Of a stretch of DNA of 64,000 nt, positions 29,207 to 37,803 are shown piece by piece. The notes beneath the pieces are model-generated. The model saw only the letters and a program-made list of their open reading frames with translations. It was not told where the DNA came from and did not search any database. The translations under genes and the position numbers were made by a program. The DNA lies in assembly GCA_965368975.1 (NCBI GenBank), contig CBDUPA010000015.1, positions 108,778 to 172,777 on the forward strand, in the 5' to 3' direction. The DNA comes from an uncultured bacterium. GTDB taxonomy: Bacteria; Acidobacteriota; Thermoanaerobaculia; Multivoradales; JAHZIX01. How positions within the stretch are numbered: the stretch's first letter is position 1; each line of letters opens with the position of its first letter.

Positions 29207-29652
29207 CCCTGGTCCTCGGATGGCTCGGTATCTTCGCACCGGTCGCCCTGGGGGCGGTGGGCAGCATCATCGGCTGCGCGCGCGCTGGCCAGGCGGCTTG
29301 CGGGGCGCTGCTCGAGACCGAAACCGGCCACGGCCGTTACATCGGCATCTCGGCCATGCCCTCGTCGCAGACCATCTACGGCATCGTCGTGATGCTCACC
29401 CTCAACCGTGCGGTCGACCTCGACAACGCACCCGGCCTGTTCGCCATCGGTGTACTCTCCGGTGTGGCACTGATGCTCAGCGGCATCCACCAGGGCAACT
29501 GCTGCGCCTCGGCGATCAACGTGTCGAAGAGCAAGACGTCGATCTTTGGCCTGTCGATCGCACCAGCGGCGGTGGTCGAAGGCTTCGCCGTCTTCGTCTT
29601 CGTCTTCGCCTTGGTGCTGTCAGGCGGCCTACCGGGCGCCGGAGGGTCCTGA
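29194..29652 (+). CDS. atpK: V/A-type ATP synthase subunit K (c), four-TM proteolipid
   Basis: AGGAGG RBS then GTG 29194; GSIIGCARAG, MPSSQTIYG, HQG and VVEGFAVF. Confidence 0.92.
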   Translation: MESMTLVLGWLGIFAPVALGAVGSIIGCARAGQAACGALLETETGHGRYIGISAMPSSQTIYGIVVMLTLNRAVDLDNAPGLFAIGVLSGVALMLSGIHQGNCCASAINVSKSKTSIFGLSIAPAAVVEGFAVFVFVFALVLSGGLPGAGGS

Positions 29653-29655
29653 GTC

Positions 29656-30348
29656 ATGCCCTCTCCAGCCACGCAGCACCCGGTGTCCTCGGGCGTCCAG
29701 GAGCTGATCGAGCGGCTGCGGCGCGAGGGCGTCGAAGCCGGTGAGTCCGAGGCACGCGACGCCGTCGCCCAGGCGCGCCGGCAGGCCGACGAGATCCTCA
29801 GCTCGGCACGCCGCGAGGCCGAAGAGCTGCATGCGCGCACACGTCGAGAACTCGCAGCCGAGCGCGACGCCGCGCACGAGGCTCTGCGCCTGGCCGCCCG
29901 CGACCTGCAGCTCGAACTCAAAGAGCGCCTGACCGCCCGCTTCGAGGCACAGGTCAAGCAGCTGGTGAGCGCCGATTTGTCGAGCCACGATGGCCTGCGA
30001 GCACTGATCCTCGCCGTCGCCGGCCACGTCGGTGTGGAGCTAGCGGACGCGGCCGACGCGGGCCAACAGATGCAGGTAGCCGTCAGCGGCGATCTGTCGA
30101 ACGAGCAACTCGACACGCTGACCCGCGAACTCGCCGCCGGCCTGCTGCGCGAGGGCGTCGAGCTGGTGCCAGCAGCCGAGGGCGGCCCAACCGGTAGCAC
30201 GGCCAGCGGTGCCCAAGACGGCGGTATCCGCGTCCGGCTGGCGGACCAGGACATCGAGGTCGACCTCAGCGCGAACGCTCTCGCCAGCTTGCTGCTGCGC
30301 CGCTTGACGCCGCGCTTCCGCGAACTGTTCGCCGCACTGACGGCCTGA
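29656..30348 (+). CDS. atpE: V/A-type ATP synthase subunit E
   Basis: GVQELIERLRREGV, Ala/Glu/Arg-rich coiled coil, GIRVRL...EVDLS and PRFRELF. Confidence 0.85.
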   Translation: MPSPATQHPVSSGVQELIERLRREGVEAGESEARDAVAQARRQADEILSSARREAEELHARTRRELAAERDAAHEALRLAARDLQLELKERLTARFEAQVKQLVSADLSSHDGLRALILAVAGHVGVELADAADAGQQMQVAVSGDLSNEQLDTLTRELAAGLLREGVELVPAAEGGPTGSTASGAQDGGIRVRLADQDIEVDLSANALASLLLRRLTPRFRELFAALTA

Positions 30349-30373
30349 GGCCCGAGCAGGAGAGAACTTCCCC

Positions 30374-31081
30374 GTGAGCAACCGTCACTACTACACGTTG
30401 ATGGCCAGCCTGCCGCCGCTACCGCGCTTCGACCGCGCCGACCGGCTGCCGATCAACCAGGAGCGTCTCAACGAGCGCATGTCGATGCTCGAAGACGACG
30501 ATGCCGACGTGGTGCGCGCCGCCGAGAACTACCTGCATTGGAACCGCCAGCCGGTCGATCGCACGTCGGCCGAGGTCGTCGAGTTCTACGGCCAGCTGAT
30601 CGCTCGCTCCAGCGATGAGACGCTCAACGCCATGCTCGAGTACCGCATGACCGAGCGTACGATCATCGCCGCTCTGCGCCGCCGGCTGCGCGGGCACCCA
30701 CCGCCGGCCGCCGGTGAGCCCTGGGGTGTTGGCCCGTGGGTCGGCCACATCGAGCGCAATTGGGACGCTCCCGACTTCCGTCTCAGCCCGGTCTTCCCGT
30801 GGTTGCCGGAAGCCAAGCGCCTGCTCGAAGACGGCGAAGCACGCGAGCTGCAACGCTTGCTGATGGGCCTGATCTGGGACCAGCTCGTGCGCCTGGCCGA
30901 GAACCGTCCCTTTCACTTCGACGCCCTGCTCTGCTACCTCTTCCGCTGGGACATCTTGCGCCGCTGGCTGAGCTACGAAGACACCGCCACGGCCCGTCAC
31001 CGCTTCCGTCAGCTACTCAGCCAGGTGACCGCCGACCATCACCTGGAGTTCGCGCCTCCGACGTCGATAGCCGCCTCCTGA
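30374..31081 (+). CDS. DUF2764-family protein (subunit C-like) of the V/A-ATPase operon
   Basis: YYTLMASLP N-terminus and FHFDALLCY...W C-terminus; lies between subunits E and A. Confidence 0.8.
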   Translation: MSNRHYYTLMASLPPLPRFDRADRLPINQERLNERMSMLEDDDADVVRAAENYLHWNRQPVDRTSAEVVEFYGQLIARSSDETLNAMLEYRMTERTIIAALRRRLRGHPPPAAGEPWGVGPWVGHIERNWDAPDFRLSPVFPWLPEAKRLLEDGEARELQRLLMGLIWDQLVRLAENRPFHFDALLCYLFRWDILRRWLSYEDTATARHRFRQLLSQVTADHHLEFAPPTSIAAS

Positions 31082-31100
31082 AATCCTGAGGACCGCCACC

Positions 31101-32918
31101 ATGCCCACGACCTCGCCCCCAACTCCTCACACCGGCACGAGCCACGACCTCTCTGTAGGTCACGTCGTCGCCGTGCGCGACAACCTGCTGACGGTGAACG
31201 TCACCTCCGGCCCGATGATGAAGAACGAGGTCGCCTACGTCTGCCTCGGCGACCTGCGGCTGAAGGCCGAAGTCCTGCGCATCCAGGGCACCAGCGCGGA
31301 CCTACAGGTGTTCGAAGAAACCGCAGGCGTGCAGGTGGGCGACCGCGTCGAACTGACCAGCGAGTTGCTCTCCGTCACGCTCGGCCCTGGCCTCTTGGGC
31401 CAGGTGTTCGACGGTCTGCAACAGCCGCTGAGCGAGCTCGCACGCCAGTACGGCTTCTTCCTGCCACGCGGCATCACGCTCGACCCGCTCGACCGCAGCA
31501 AGAAGTGGCCCGTCACCGCCGTCGCCGCTCCCGGTGACCGTGTTGCCCCCGGCGGTGTCCTCGCGACGGTCCCGGAAGGCCCGTTCGAGCACAAGATCCT
31601 GGTGCCGTTCAATGAACCGGAAGCCGTCGAAGTGACCTGGATCCGCTCCGGCAACCTGACGCTCGACGAACCCCTCGCCCGCCTGCGCGGCGCCGACGGC
31701 CGCGAGCGGGAGATCGGCCTGACGCAGCGTTGGCCGGTGCGCAAACCCATCCCCGCGGGCTTGCTGCAGCGTCGCCACGCCGAGCGCCTCTATCCCAACG
31801 AGCCCCTGATCACGACCATCCGCCTGGTCGACACCTTCTTCCCCATCGCCCGCGGCGGCACCGCCTGCATCCCCGGCCCCTTCGGCGCCGGCAAGACCGT
31901 CTTGCAGAGCCTCTTCTCGCGCTACTCCAGCGCCGACATCGTGATCGTCGTCGCCTGCGGTGAGCGGGCCGGTGAGGTGGTCGAGACGATCACCGAGTTC
32001 CCCGAGATGCAGGACCCGCGCACCGGCGGTTCGCTGATGGACCGCACCATCATCATCTGCAACACCTCGTCCATGCCCGTCGCCGCCCGCGAGTCGTCGA
32101 TCTACACCGGCATCACCCTGGGGGAGTACTACCGCCAGATGGGCTACAGCGTCCTGGTACTCGCCGACTCGACATCCAGGTGGGCCCAGGCGATGCGCGA
32201 GATCTCGGGCCGCATGGAAGAGATCCCGGGCGAGGAAGCCTACCCCGCCTACCTCGACTCCTCGATCCGCAACATCTACGAACGCGCCGGCGTCATCCAA
32301 TGCGCCGACGGCAGCGTCGGCAGCCTGACGCTCGTCGGCACGGTCTCCCCGGCGGGCGGCAACTTCGAAGAACCGGTCACGCAGGCTACCTTGTCGACCG
32401 TCAAGACCTTTCTCGGCCTGTCGTCCGACCGCGCCTACAAGCGATACTATCCCGCCATCGACCCCTTGCTCTCCTGGTCGCGCTACCTCGACCAGCTCGC
32501 CCACTGGTACAAGGACAACCTGGACGACACCTGGGTCGCGGACGTCAAGGAACTCTCCGAGCTCCTACGCCGAGGCGACTCGATCCACCAGATGATGCAG
32601 GTGACCGGCGAAGAAGGCATCACGCTCGACGACTATGTCGTATGGCAGAAGGCGACGCTCTTGGACCTGGTCTACCTGCAGCAAGACGCCTTCGACGACA
32701 TCGACGTCTCGAACACGCTCGACCGTCAGAAAGACAGCTTCCACCTACTGCGTGACCTGATCCGGCGGAGCTACAACTTCGCTGACAAAGACCAGGCACG
32801 CAACTACTTCACGCGCCTGACTGGCCTGTACAAGAACCTCAACTACAGCGCCGACGGTGGCCCAGAGCACCAGCGCTACAAGCAACAGATCACGGACTTG
32901 GCAGCGCAGTATTCGTAG
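31101..32918 (+). CDS. atpA: V/A-type ATP synthase subunit A (catalytic)
   Basis: PGPFGAGKTV, ACGERAGE, NTSSMPVAARE, ADSTSRWAQA and SPAGGNFEEPVTQ. Confidence 0.96.
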   Translation: MPTTSPPTPHTGTSHDLSVGHVVAVRDNLLTVNVTSGPMMKNEVAYVCLGDLRLKAEVLRIQGTSADLQVFEETAGVQVGDRVELTSELLSVTLGPGLLGQVFDGLQQPLSELARQYGFFLPRGITLDPLDRSKKWPVTAVAAPGDRVAPGGVLATVPEGPFEHKILVPFNEPEAVEVTWIRSGNLTLDEPLARLRGADGREREIGLTQRWPVRKPIPAGLLQRRHAERLYPNEPLITTIRLVDTFFPIARGGTACIPGPFGAGKTVLQSLFSRYSSADIVIVVACGERAGEVVETITEFPEMQDPRTGGSLMDRTIIICNTSSMPVAARESSIYTGITLGEYYRQMGYSVLVLADSTSRWAQAMREISGRMEEIPGEEAYPAYLDSSIRNIYERAGVIQCADGSVGSLTLVGTVSPAGGNFEEPVTQATLSTVKTFLGLSSDRAYKRYYPAIDPLLSWSRYLDQLAHWYKDNLDDTWVADVKELSELLRRGDSIHQMMQVTGEEGITLDDYVVWQKATLLDLVYLQQDAFDDIDVSNTLDRQKDSFHLLRDLIRRSYNFADKDQARNYFTRLTGLYKNLNYSADGGPEHQRYKQQITDLAAQYS

Positions 32919-32940
32919 AGAGTCGTCTCGGCACGGACGT

Positions 32941-33112
32941 ACCCCCGTGCACCTCTGCCCACCGCCTCATAGTCCCGAAGCGACAACGCGGGTCACTCTA
33001 GCCCGAACCTCGGAGCCGCATCGTCGCCCGAGAAGGGAATGCAGAACTCTGCAATGGGCCTGCGGATGTGCCCTGCGCCGGGACTCGGGTGGTGGCAGGG
33101 ATGCACGGGTGT
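32941..33112. repeat. Imperfect inverted-repeat pair (about 25-bp arms) enclosing about 120 bp; REPIN/MITE-like
   Basis: Left arm ACCCCCGTGCACCTCTGCCCACCGCC; reverse complement of the right arm ACACCCGTGCATCCCTGCCACCACC. Confidence 0.5.
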
Positions 33113-33153
33113 GCACCTCGCGACTCCAAGAGGGGCGAGCTACAATCTTCTGC

Positions 33154-33684
33154 ATGTCTCCGCCTGTTCGTCGCGCCTCCGACAACCTCTTGCCGCGCCT
33201 CTACGACGAATTGCGCGCACTCGCACGTGCTCGCCTGGCGCACGAGCAGCCAGGGCAGACGCTGCAACCGACAGCACTGGTACACGAGGCGTACTTGCGC
33301 CTCGGCGGACCCGGCTCTGCGTTGTGGGACTCGACCGGGCATTTCTACGCCGCCGCCGCGCGTGCCATGCGGCGGATCCTGATCGAGCGCGCGCGGCGAG
33401 TGGCGCGAGTCAAGCATGGCGGCGAGCTGCGGCGCGTGACGCTGGACGGCGAGGTCGCGGGCTTCGAGCAAGATCCGGCGGACTTGCTAGCGCTCGATCA
33501 AGCGCTGGAAAAGCTGACCGAACGCGACGCGGGCATGGCCCGGGTAGTGGAGCTGCGCTACTTCGCGGGCCTGTCGGTCGCCGAGACAGCGGAAGCGCTG
33601 GGAACGTCGACGCGGTCGGTGAATCGGGCCTGGACATCGGCGCGGACTTGGTTGTTCCGGGAGCTGCGGAGTGACTCGAGATAA
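33154..33684 (+). CDS. ECF RNA polymerase sigma factor, kinase-associated (TIGR02999-like)
   Basis: LYDELRALA, TLQPTALVHEAYLRL, HFYAAAARAMRRILIE and VVELRYFAGLS; TACAAT at 33141-33146, 7 nt before the ATG. Confidence 0.92.
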   Translation: MSPPVRRASDNLLPRLYDELRALARARLAHEQPGQTLQPTALVHEAYLRLGGPGSALWDSTGHFYAAAARAMRRILIERARRVARVKHGGELRRVTLDGEVAGFEQDPADLLALDQALEKLTERDAGMARVVELRYFAGLSVAETAEALGTSTRSVNRAWTSARTWLFRELRSDSR

Positions 33685-35800
33685 GCCACCGGCCGACGAC
33701 TGGCAGCGCGTCTGGGACGCCTTCCACGACGTGCTGGTGGCTGATGCGTCGCAGCGCACCACCCTGCTCGAAGGGCTGCGCCCCGCGCTGCGCCGGGAGG
33801 TCGAGAGCCTGCTCGCCGCGCACGACGACGCGGGTACCTTCCTGGAGTCGCCGCCGCAAGCCGCAATCGCCTCGTCCGAAGGACCGCTGCTCGGGTCGCG
33901 CATCGGCCCCTACCGGCTGCTGCGTCCGCTGGGAGCCGGCGGCATGGGGCTTGTTTACCTGGCCGAGCAGCAGGAGCCGTTCCACCGCCAAGTTGCCCTG
34001 AAGCTGATCCACCCCCGACTGCTCGCGTCGGCCTTGGCAACGGACCAGGAGATTGGGGTCGAAGGCTCGACATCCCCCACCCTACCGGGCGTGGCGGCCG
34101 ATGTTGCCGCCCGCTTCGACGCCGAGCGCCAGGCACTGGCACTGCTGCGGCACCCGGGTATCGCGACGCTGTACGACACCGGCTCGATGGAGGACGGTGC
34201 ACCGTGGATGGCGATGGAGTACGTCGAGGGCTTGCCGCTCGACGTCTATTGCCAGACACAGGGAGACGAGAACCATGGACTCGACCTCGACGCGCGGCTG
34301 CGCCTGCTGCACGAGGTGTGCCGAGCCGTCGGCCATGCCCACGCACGCGGCATCGTGCACCGTGATCTCAAACCTTCCAACATCCTGGTGACGCGTGTCG
34401 ATGGCGAGGCCGCGGTCAAGGTCATCGACTTCGGTATCGCCAAGGCGCTGGCGCTACCGCTCGGCGAGGTGCGCACACGCGCTGGGCAGTACCTCGGCAC
34501 CCCCGCCTATGCCAGTCCCGAGCAACGCACTGGTGGTCCGGTCGACGCACGTGCCGATGTCTACGCGCTAGGCCTGATCCTGCGTCGCCTGCTGGAACCG
34601 CTGGGCCCGCCGCCCGCCTGGCTGCGCCGCGTGCTCGAACGAGCTCTGGCCGCCGATCCGGCCCGCCGCTTTGCCGACGCCGCGATGCTGGGACGCGCTC
34701 TGGCTGAGGGCAACGCCCAGCGAAGGCACCGTCGATGGCTCGCGGCAGCGGTGCTGAGCCTGCTAGTGCTGGTGCTCGGACTCGCCTGGATGAACCGTGA
34801 TGCGCGTTCGACGGCACCCGGCGAGACGCAACAAGGTTCTGTCAACACGCCCATGACCGAAGATAGTCCTACCCTGGACGATCTCAGCGAAGAAAATTCA
34901 CATAATGCGCTACTTGACAGAATCGAACAGGCAACACACGCCCCCTCCCCTTTCTCGCACCGCGCCCTGGCCCTGACCTTCGACGACGTGCCGGACAACG
35001 GCGAGCTGCCCCGCGCCCGGCTCGAAGCGATGAATAGCGCGCTGCTGCAACACCTGCGTGCCCACGGAGCGCCTGCTACCGCCTTCGTCGACAGCGCGAC
35101 GCTGACGACGGCTCCGCGTCTCGACCTGCTTGGCGACTGGCTCGAGGCCGGACACACACTCGGCAACCACGCCGCTGGCCATCCCCACTTCCGGCGCACT
35201 CGCTTCGACGCCTACGCCGCATCGATCGAGCGCGCAGACACGGCCTTGCGCGCCGTACTGCGCCAGCACTCAGAGGCACCGCCCCTGCGTGCCTTCCGGC
35301 CACCGTATCTGGAGACCGGCAGCGATGCCGCCAGCCGCGCCCGGCTCGACAGCTTCTTGGCGAGCCACGACTACCGCCTGGTACTGGCGACGATCGAGGT
35401 CCTCGACTACCTCTATGCCGACGCCTGGGACCACCACCCAGACGAGCACGCGCGCCTGCGCACGGCCTACCTGCAGCACGTCGAGGACCGCCTCGCCTTC
35501 GCCGAGCGCAGCGCTCAGGATCTCTTCGACCGTGACATCGCACAGGTGATGTTGCTGCACGCCTACCCGCTCAACGCCGAACTGCTGGACGACTTGCTGC
35601 AGCGCCTGCAGGCGCGCGGCTACCGCTTCGTGTCGCTCGACGAGGCGATGCGCGATCCGGTGTACGCGCTGCCCGACACCAGCACCAGCGAGGACGGCCT
35701 GAGCTGGCTGCCACGCTGGGCCGAGACGTTGGGCCAGGTCTACGACTTCGCCGGTGAGCCCGAAGCCCCCGCGTGGGTGCTCGAACTCACCGGCTCGTGA
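33671..35800 (+). CDS. Membrane Ser/Thr protein kinase with a C-terminal polysaccharide deacetylase (CE4/NodB) domain
   Basis: GAGGMGLVY, VALK, HRDLKPSN, DFG and GTPAYASPEQ; one TM helix (WLAAAVLSLLVLVLGLAW); then LTFDD, GNHAAGH, FRPPY, LLH and GYRFVSL. Confidence 0.9.
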   Translation: MTRDKPPADDWQRVWDAFHDVLVADASQRTTLLEGLRPALRREVESLLAAHDDAGTFLESPPQAAIASSEGPLLGSRIGPYRLLRPLGAGGMGLVYLAEQQEPFHRQVALKLIHPRLLASALATDQEIGVEGSTSPTLPGVAADVAARFDAERQALALLRHPGIATLYDTGSMEDGAPWMAMEYVEGLPLDVYCQTQGDENHGLDLDARLRLLHEVCRAVGHAHARGIVHRDLKPSNILVTRVDGEAAVKVIDFGIAKALALPLGEVRTRAGQYLGTPAYASPEQRTGGPVDARADVYALGLILRRLLEPLGPPPAWLRRVLERALAADPARRFADAAMLGRALAEGNAQRRHRRWLAAAVLSLLVLVLGLAWMNRDARSTAPGETQQGSVNTPMTEDSPTLDDLSEENSHNALLDRIEQATHAPSPFSHRALALTFDDVPDNGELPRARLEAMNSALLQHLRAHGAPATAFVDSATLTTAPRLDLLGDWLEAGHTLGNHAAGHPHFRRTRFDAYAASIERADTALRAVLRQHSEAPPLRAFRPPYLETGSDAASRARLDSFLASHDYRLVLATIEVLDYLYADAWDHHPDEHARLRTAYLQHVEDRLAFAERSAQDLFDRDIAQVMLLHAYPLNAELLDDLLQRLQARGYRFVSLDEAMRDPVYALPDTSTSEDGLSWLPRWAETLGQVYDFAGEPEAPAWVLELTGS

Positions 35801-35821
35801 GTCACGCTCCGAGGTGCAGCG

Positions 35822-37624
35822 TCACGGCGTCAGGTTATCGATGAAGTCCATCAGCGCCTGGTACTTGGGCGCACTGGCCTTGGGCTGATCGCGGTATTCC
35901 AGCGCACCGTAGCTGCCCCACGGCTTGGGATCGTGGGTATTGACGTAGTGCAGGAACAACGTACCGCCGCCGTCGCTGACGAAGGCGCTGAGCAGGGTGT
36001 CGTACAGGTTCCCCATGCAGTCGTCGCGATTGACGTCGCGGAAGGCGTTGGTCATCGTGTTGGCCTGCTGCGGATCGTCCCACGGCTCCAGCCCCTGGCC
36101 GCCCTCATAGAAGACGAGCTCGATATGGCTGTAGCCCGAGCCCTGGAGCGCCAGCCAGTCGTGGTCCCAGCTCATGTCGGCAATGGTGTCCGGCAGGTGG
36201 TGGAGCGCCAGCTCGTCGCACAGATCCTGCTCGTCCGCCAACGCGTTCTGCGCGGTCTCCACTGCCTGCTTCCAGGTGTTGAAGGTCGTGGAATCGCCCA
36301 GCATGTAGCCGAAGTAAGCACCCGTCGCCAGCACGTCGGTGAAGGCGTAAGTATCGCTCCAGGCCAGCAGTGGGCCGTGCTTGTCACTATTGCCGCTCTG
36401 CGACGCCAGCACCCGTACCACGCGGTCGATGTTCTGCACCGGATCGTTGAACTCGAGAGCGAAGCGCTCCCAGACGAAGCGGCTGCGGTCAGCCTGATAG
36501 CGAGAACGCGCGGCCTCGCAGTCGTCGTTCCACGCCTGCCACGGATGGCCTTCGCACAAGTCGGGGTTGCTCGTATCCGCGTCGTCGGCGCAGTCGGTCA
36601 GATCCGTGTAGGCAGCGCAACCGGCGTTGGTGATGTCCCAGAACTGACCGAAGTTGGAATTCCACACCTCGTTCGAGTACTCGACGTAGACATCGAGCTG
36701 GCTGTCGAGTTCGGCGTGCAGACGGTCGGCCAGGTGGTCGATCAGTGCCGTGCTCGCCAGGTGCGGCACGTTGACCCAGAGATCGGCGCCGATGCGGTTG
36801 GCCAGCCGCGCCATGATCTCGGGCGGCGCCGGATTCCAGCGCGCACTCGACAGCGTCGTCCAGTCGGCCACACCGACCGCCGTCGACTCGATCGTCTGCA
36901 TCCAGTCCATCATGCGTAGCACCTCGTAATCCTGGACGTTGGCGAGGAAGCGCGGGTCGAAAATCTGGGTCGCGGAGTGGTCGACAAACAGCTGGCACGT
37001 ATTGCCCGTGCCGCACTCAGCGTCCGCGGTGCAGAACTGCGCGTCCGCGTTCGAGCACGCGCCGCCGGGCGGCAGCACGCGGATATTGGTGATCGGGAAC
37101 TGATCGTCGGTTTCGAGCAAGGTGATCGAGAACAAATGAGACACCGACGGATCGACGTCGACCACATCGTACCCGCCGTTCGGATCGGACGCCGCGAAGT
37201 TCTTGCTCGCTGCGCCGTCGTAGTCGAGCACGCCCTCGCCGTCGTAGAGCACGGTGTACGCGCCGGCCGGGAAACGATTTCCGGGCAGACCGGGATCGTC
37301 ACTCAGGTCAAGATAGATGAACGTGTGCGCAACCTGGCCGCCGCTGCCGACAGAGTCGTCGAGTTCTTCCACCCACCCCTCGGGTGTCAGCTCGAGCGTC
37401 CCGGCCGCCGAGCAACCGAAACAGCCGTTGCGCTGCCCTGGAATCCACGGCGACGAGGTCTTGAACAGATCGACGAACGGCAGTTCGCCGCTGGTGGGTG
37501 TCAGGAAGGCCAGGTTGGTGCCGACGCGTGGGCCGGGCTTGGGAGAAGCGGCCTCGGCCGTGGGGGGCACGAGGACGAGGAGGGTCAGAAGGCTGCAGAG
37601 GGTGAGGTGCGATAGACGTCGCAT
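35822..37624 (-). CDS. Secreted putative glycoside-hydrolase-like protein with Cys-rich inserts
   Basis: AGGAG RBS and ATG 37624; signal peptide; PFVDLFK, LRMMDW, WVNVPH, YVEYSNEVWN and FYEGG motifs suggestive of a clan GH-A barrel. Confidence 0.6.
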   Translation of the reverse strand: MRRLSHLTLCSLLTLLVLVPPTAEAASPKPGPRVGTNLAFLTPTSGELPFVDLFKTSSPWIPGQRNGCFGCSAAGTLELTPEGWVEELDDSVGSGGQVAHTFIYLDLSDDPGLPGNRFPAGAYTVLYDGEGVLDYDGAASKNFAASDPNGGYDVVDVDPSVSHLFSITLLETDDQFPITNIRVLPPGGACSNADAQFCTADAECGTGNTCQLFVDHSATQIFDPRFLANVQDYEVLRMMDWMQTIESTAVGVADWTTLSSARWNPAPPEIMARLANRIGADLWVNVPHLASTALIDHLADRLHAELDSQLDVYVEYSNEVWNSNFGQFWDITNAGCAAYTDLTDCADDADTSNPDLCEGHPWQAWNDDCEAARSRYQADRSRFVWERFALEFNDPVQNIDRVVRVLASQSGNSDKHGPLLAWSDTYAFTDVLATGAYFGYMLGDSTTFNTWKQAVETAQNALADEQDLCDELALHHLPDTIADMSWDHDWLALQGSGYSHIELVFYEGGQGLEPWDDPQQANTMTNAFRDVNRDDCMGNLYDTLLSAFVSDGGGTLFLHYVNTHDPKPWGSYGALEYRDQPKASAPKYQALMDFIDNLTP

Positions 37625-37803
37625 GAGGGTTCTCCTGTTGGGAGTTTGGCAGATGGGCCAGCCACCGTGGCCGGCCTCTGCATACCCATGCGACGTGGGT
37701 AAAGAAATGCGCCAGATTTCTCCTGAGGTCACCGGCAAGACCGAAGGGCGGCCACATGGGGCCGCCCCTACTCAGGAAAAGGAGGCTCAGGAGAAGGAGG
37801 CGG

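Noticed and set aside
26687-29652. Apparent long N-terminal extensions of ATPase subunits I (from 26687) and K (from 27412)
   Set aside because: Artefacts of upstream open frames; an ATGA overlap and an AGGAGG RBS place the starts at 27419 and 29194.
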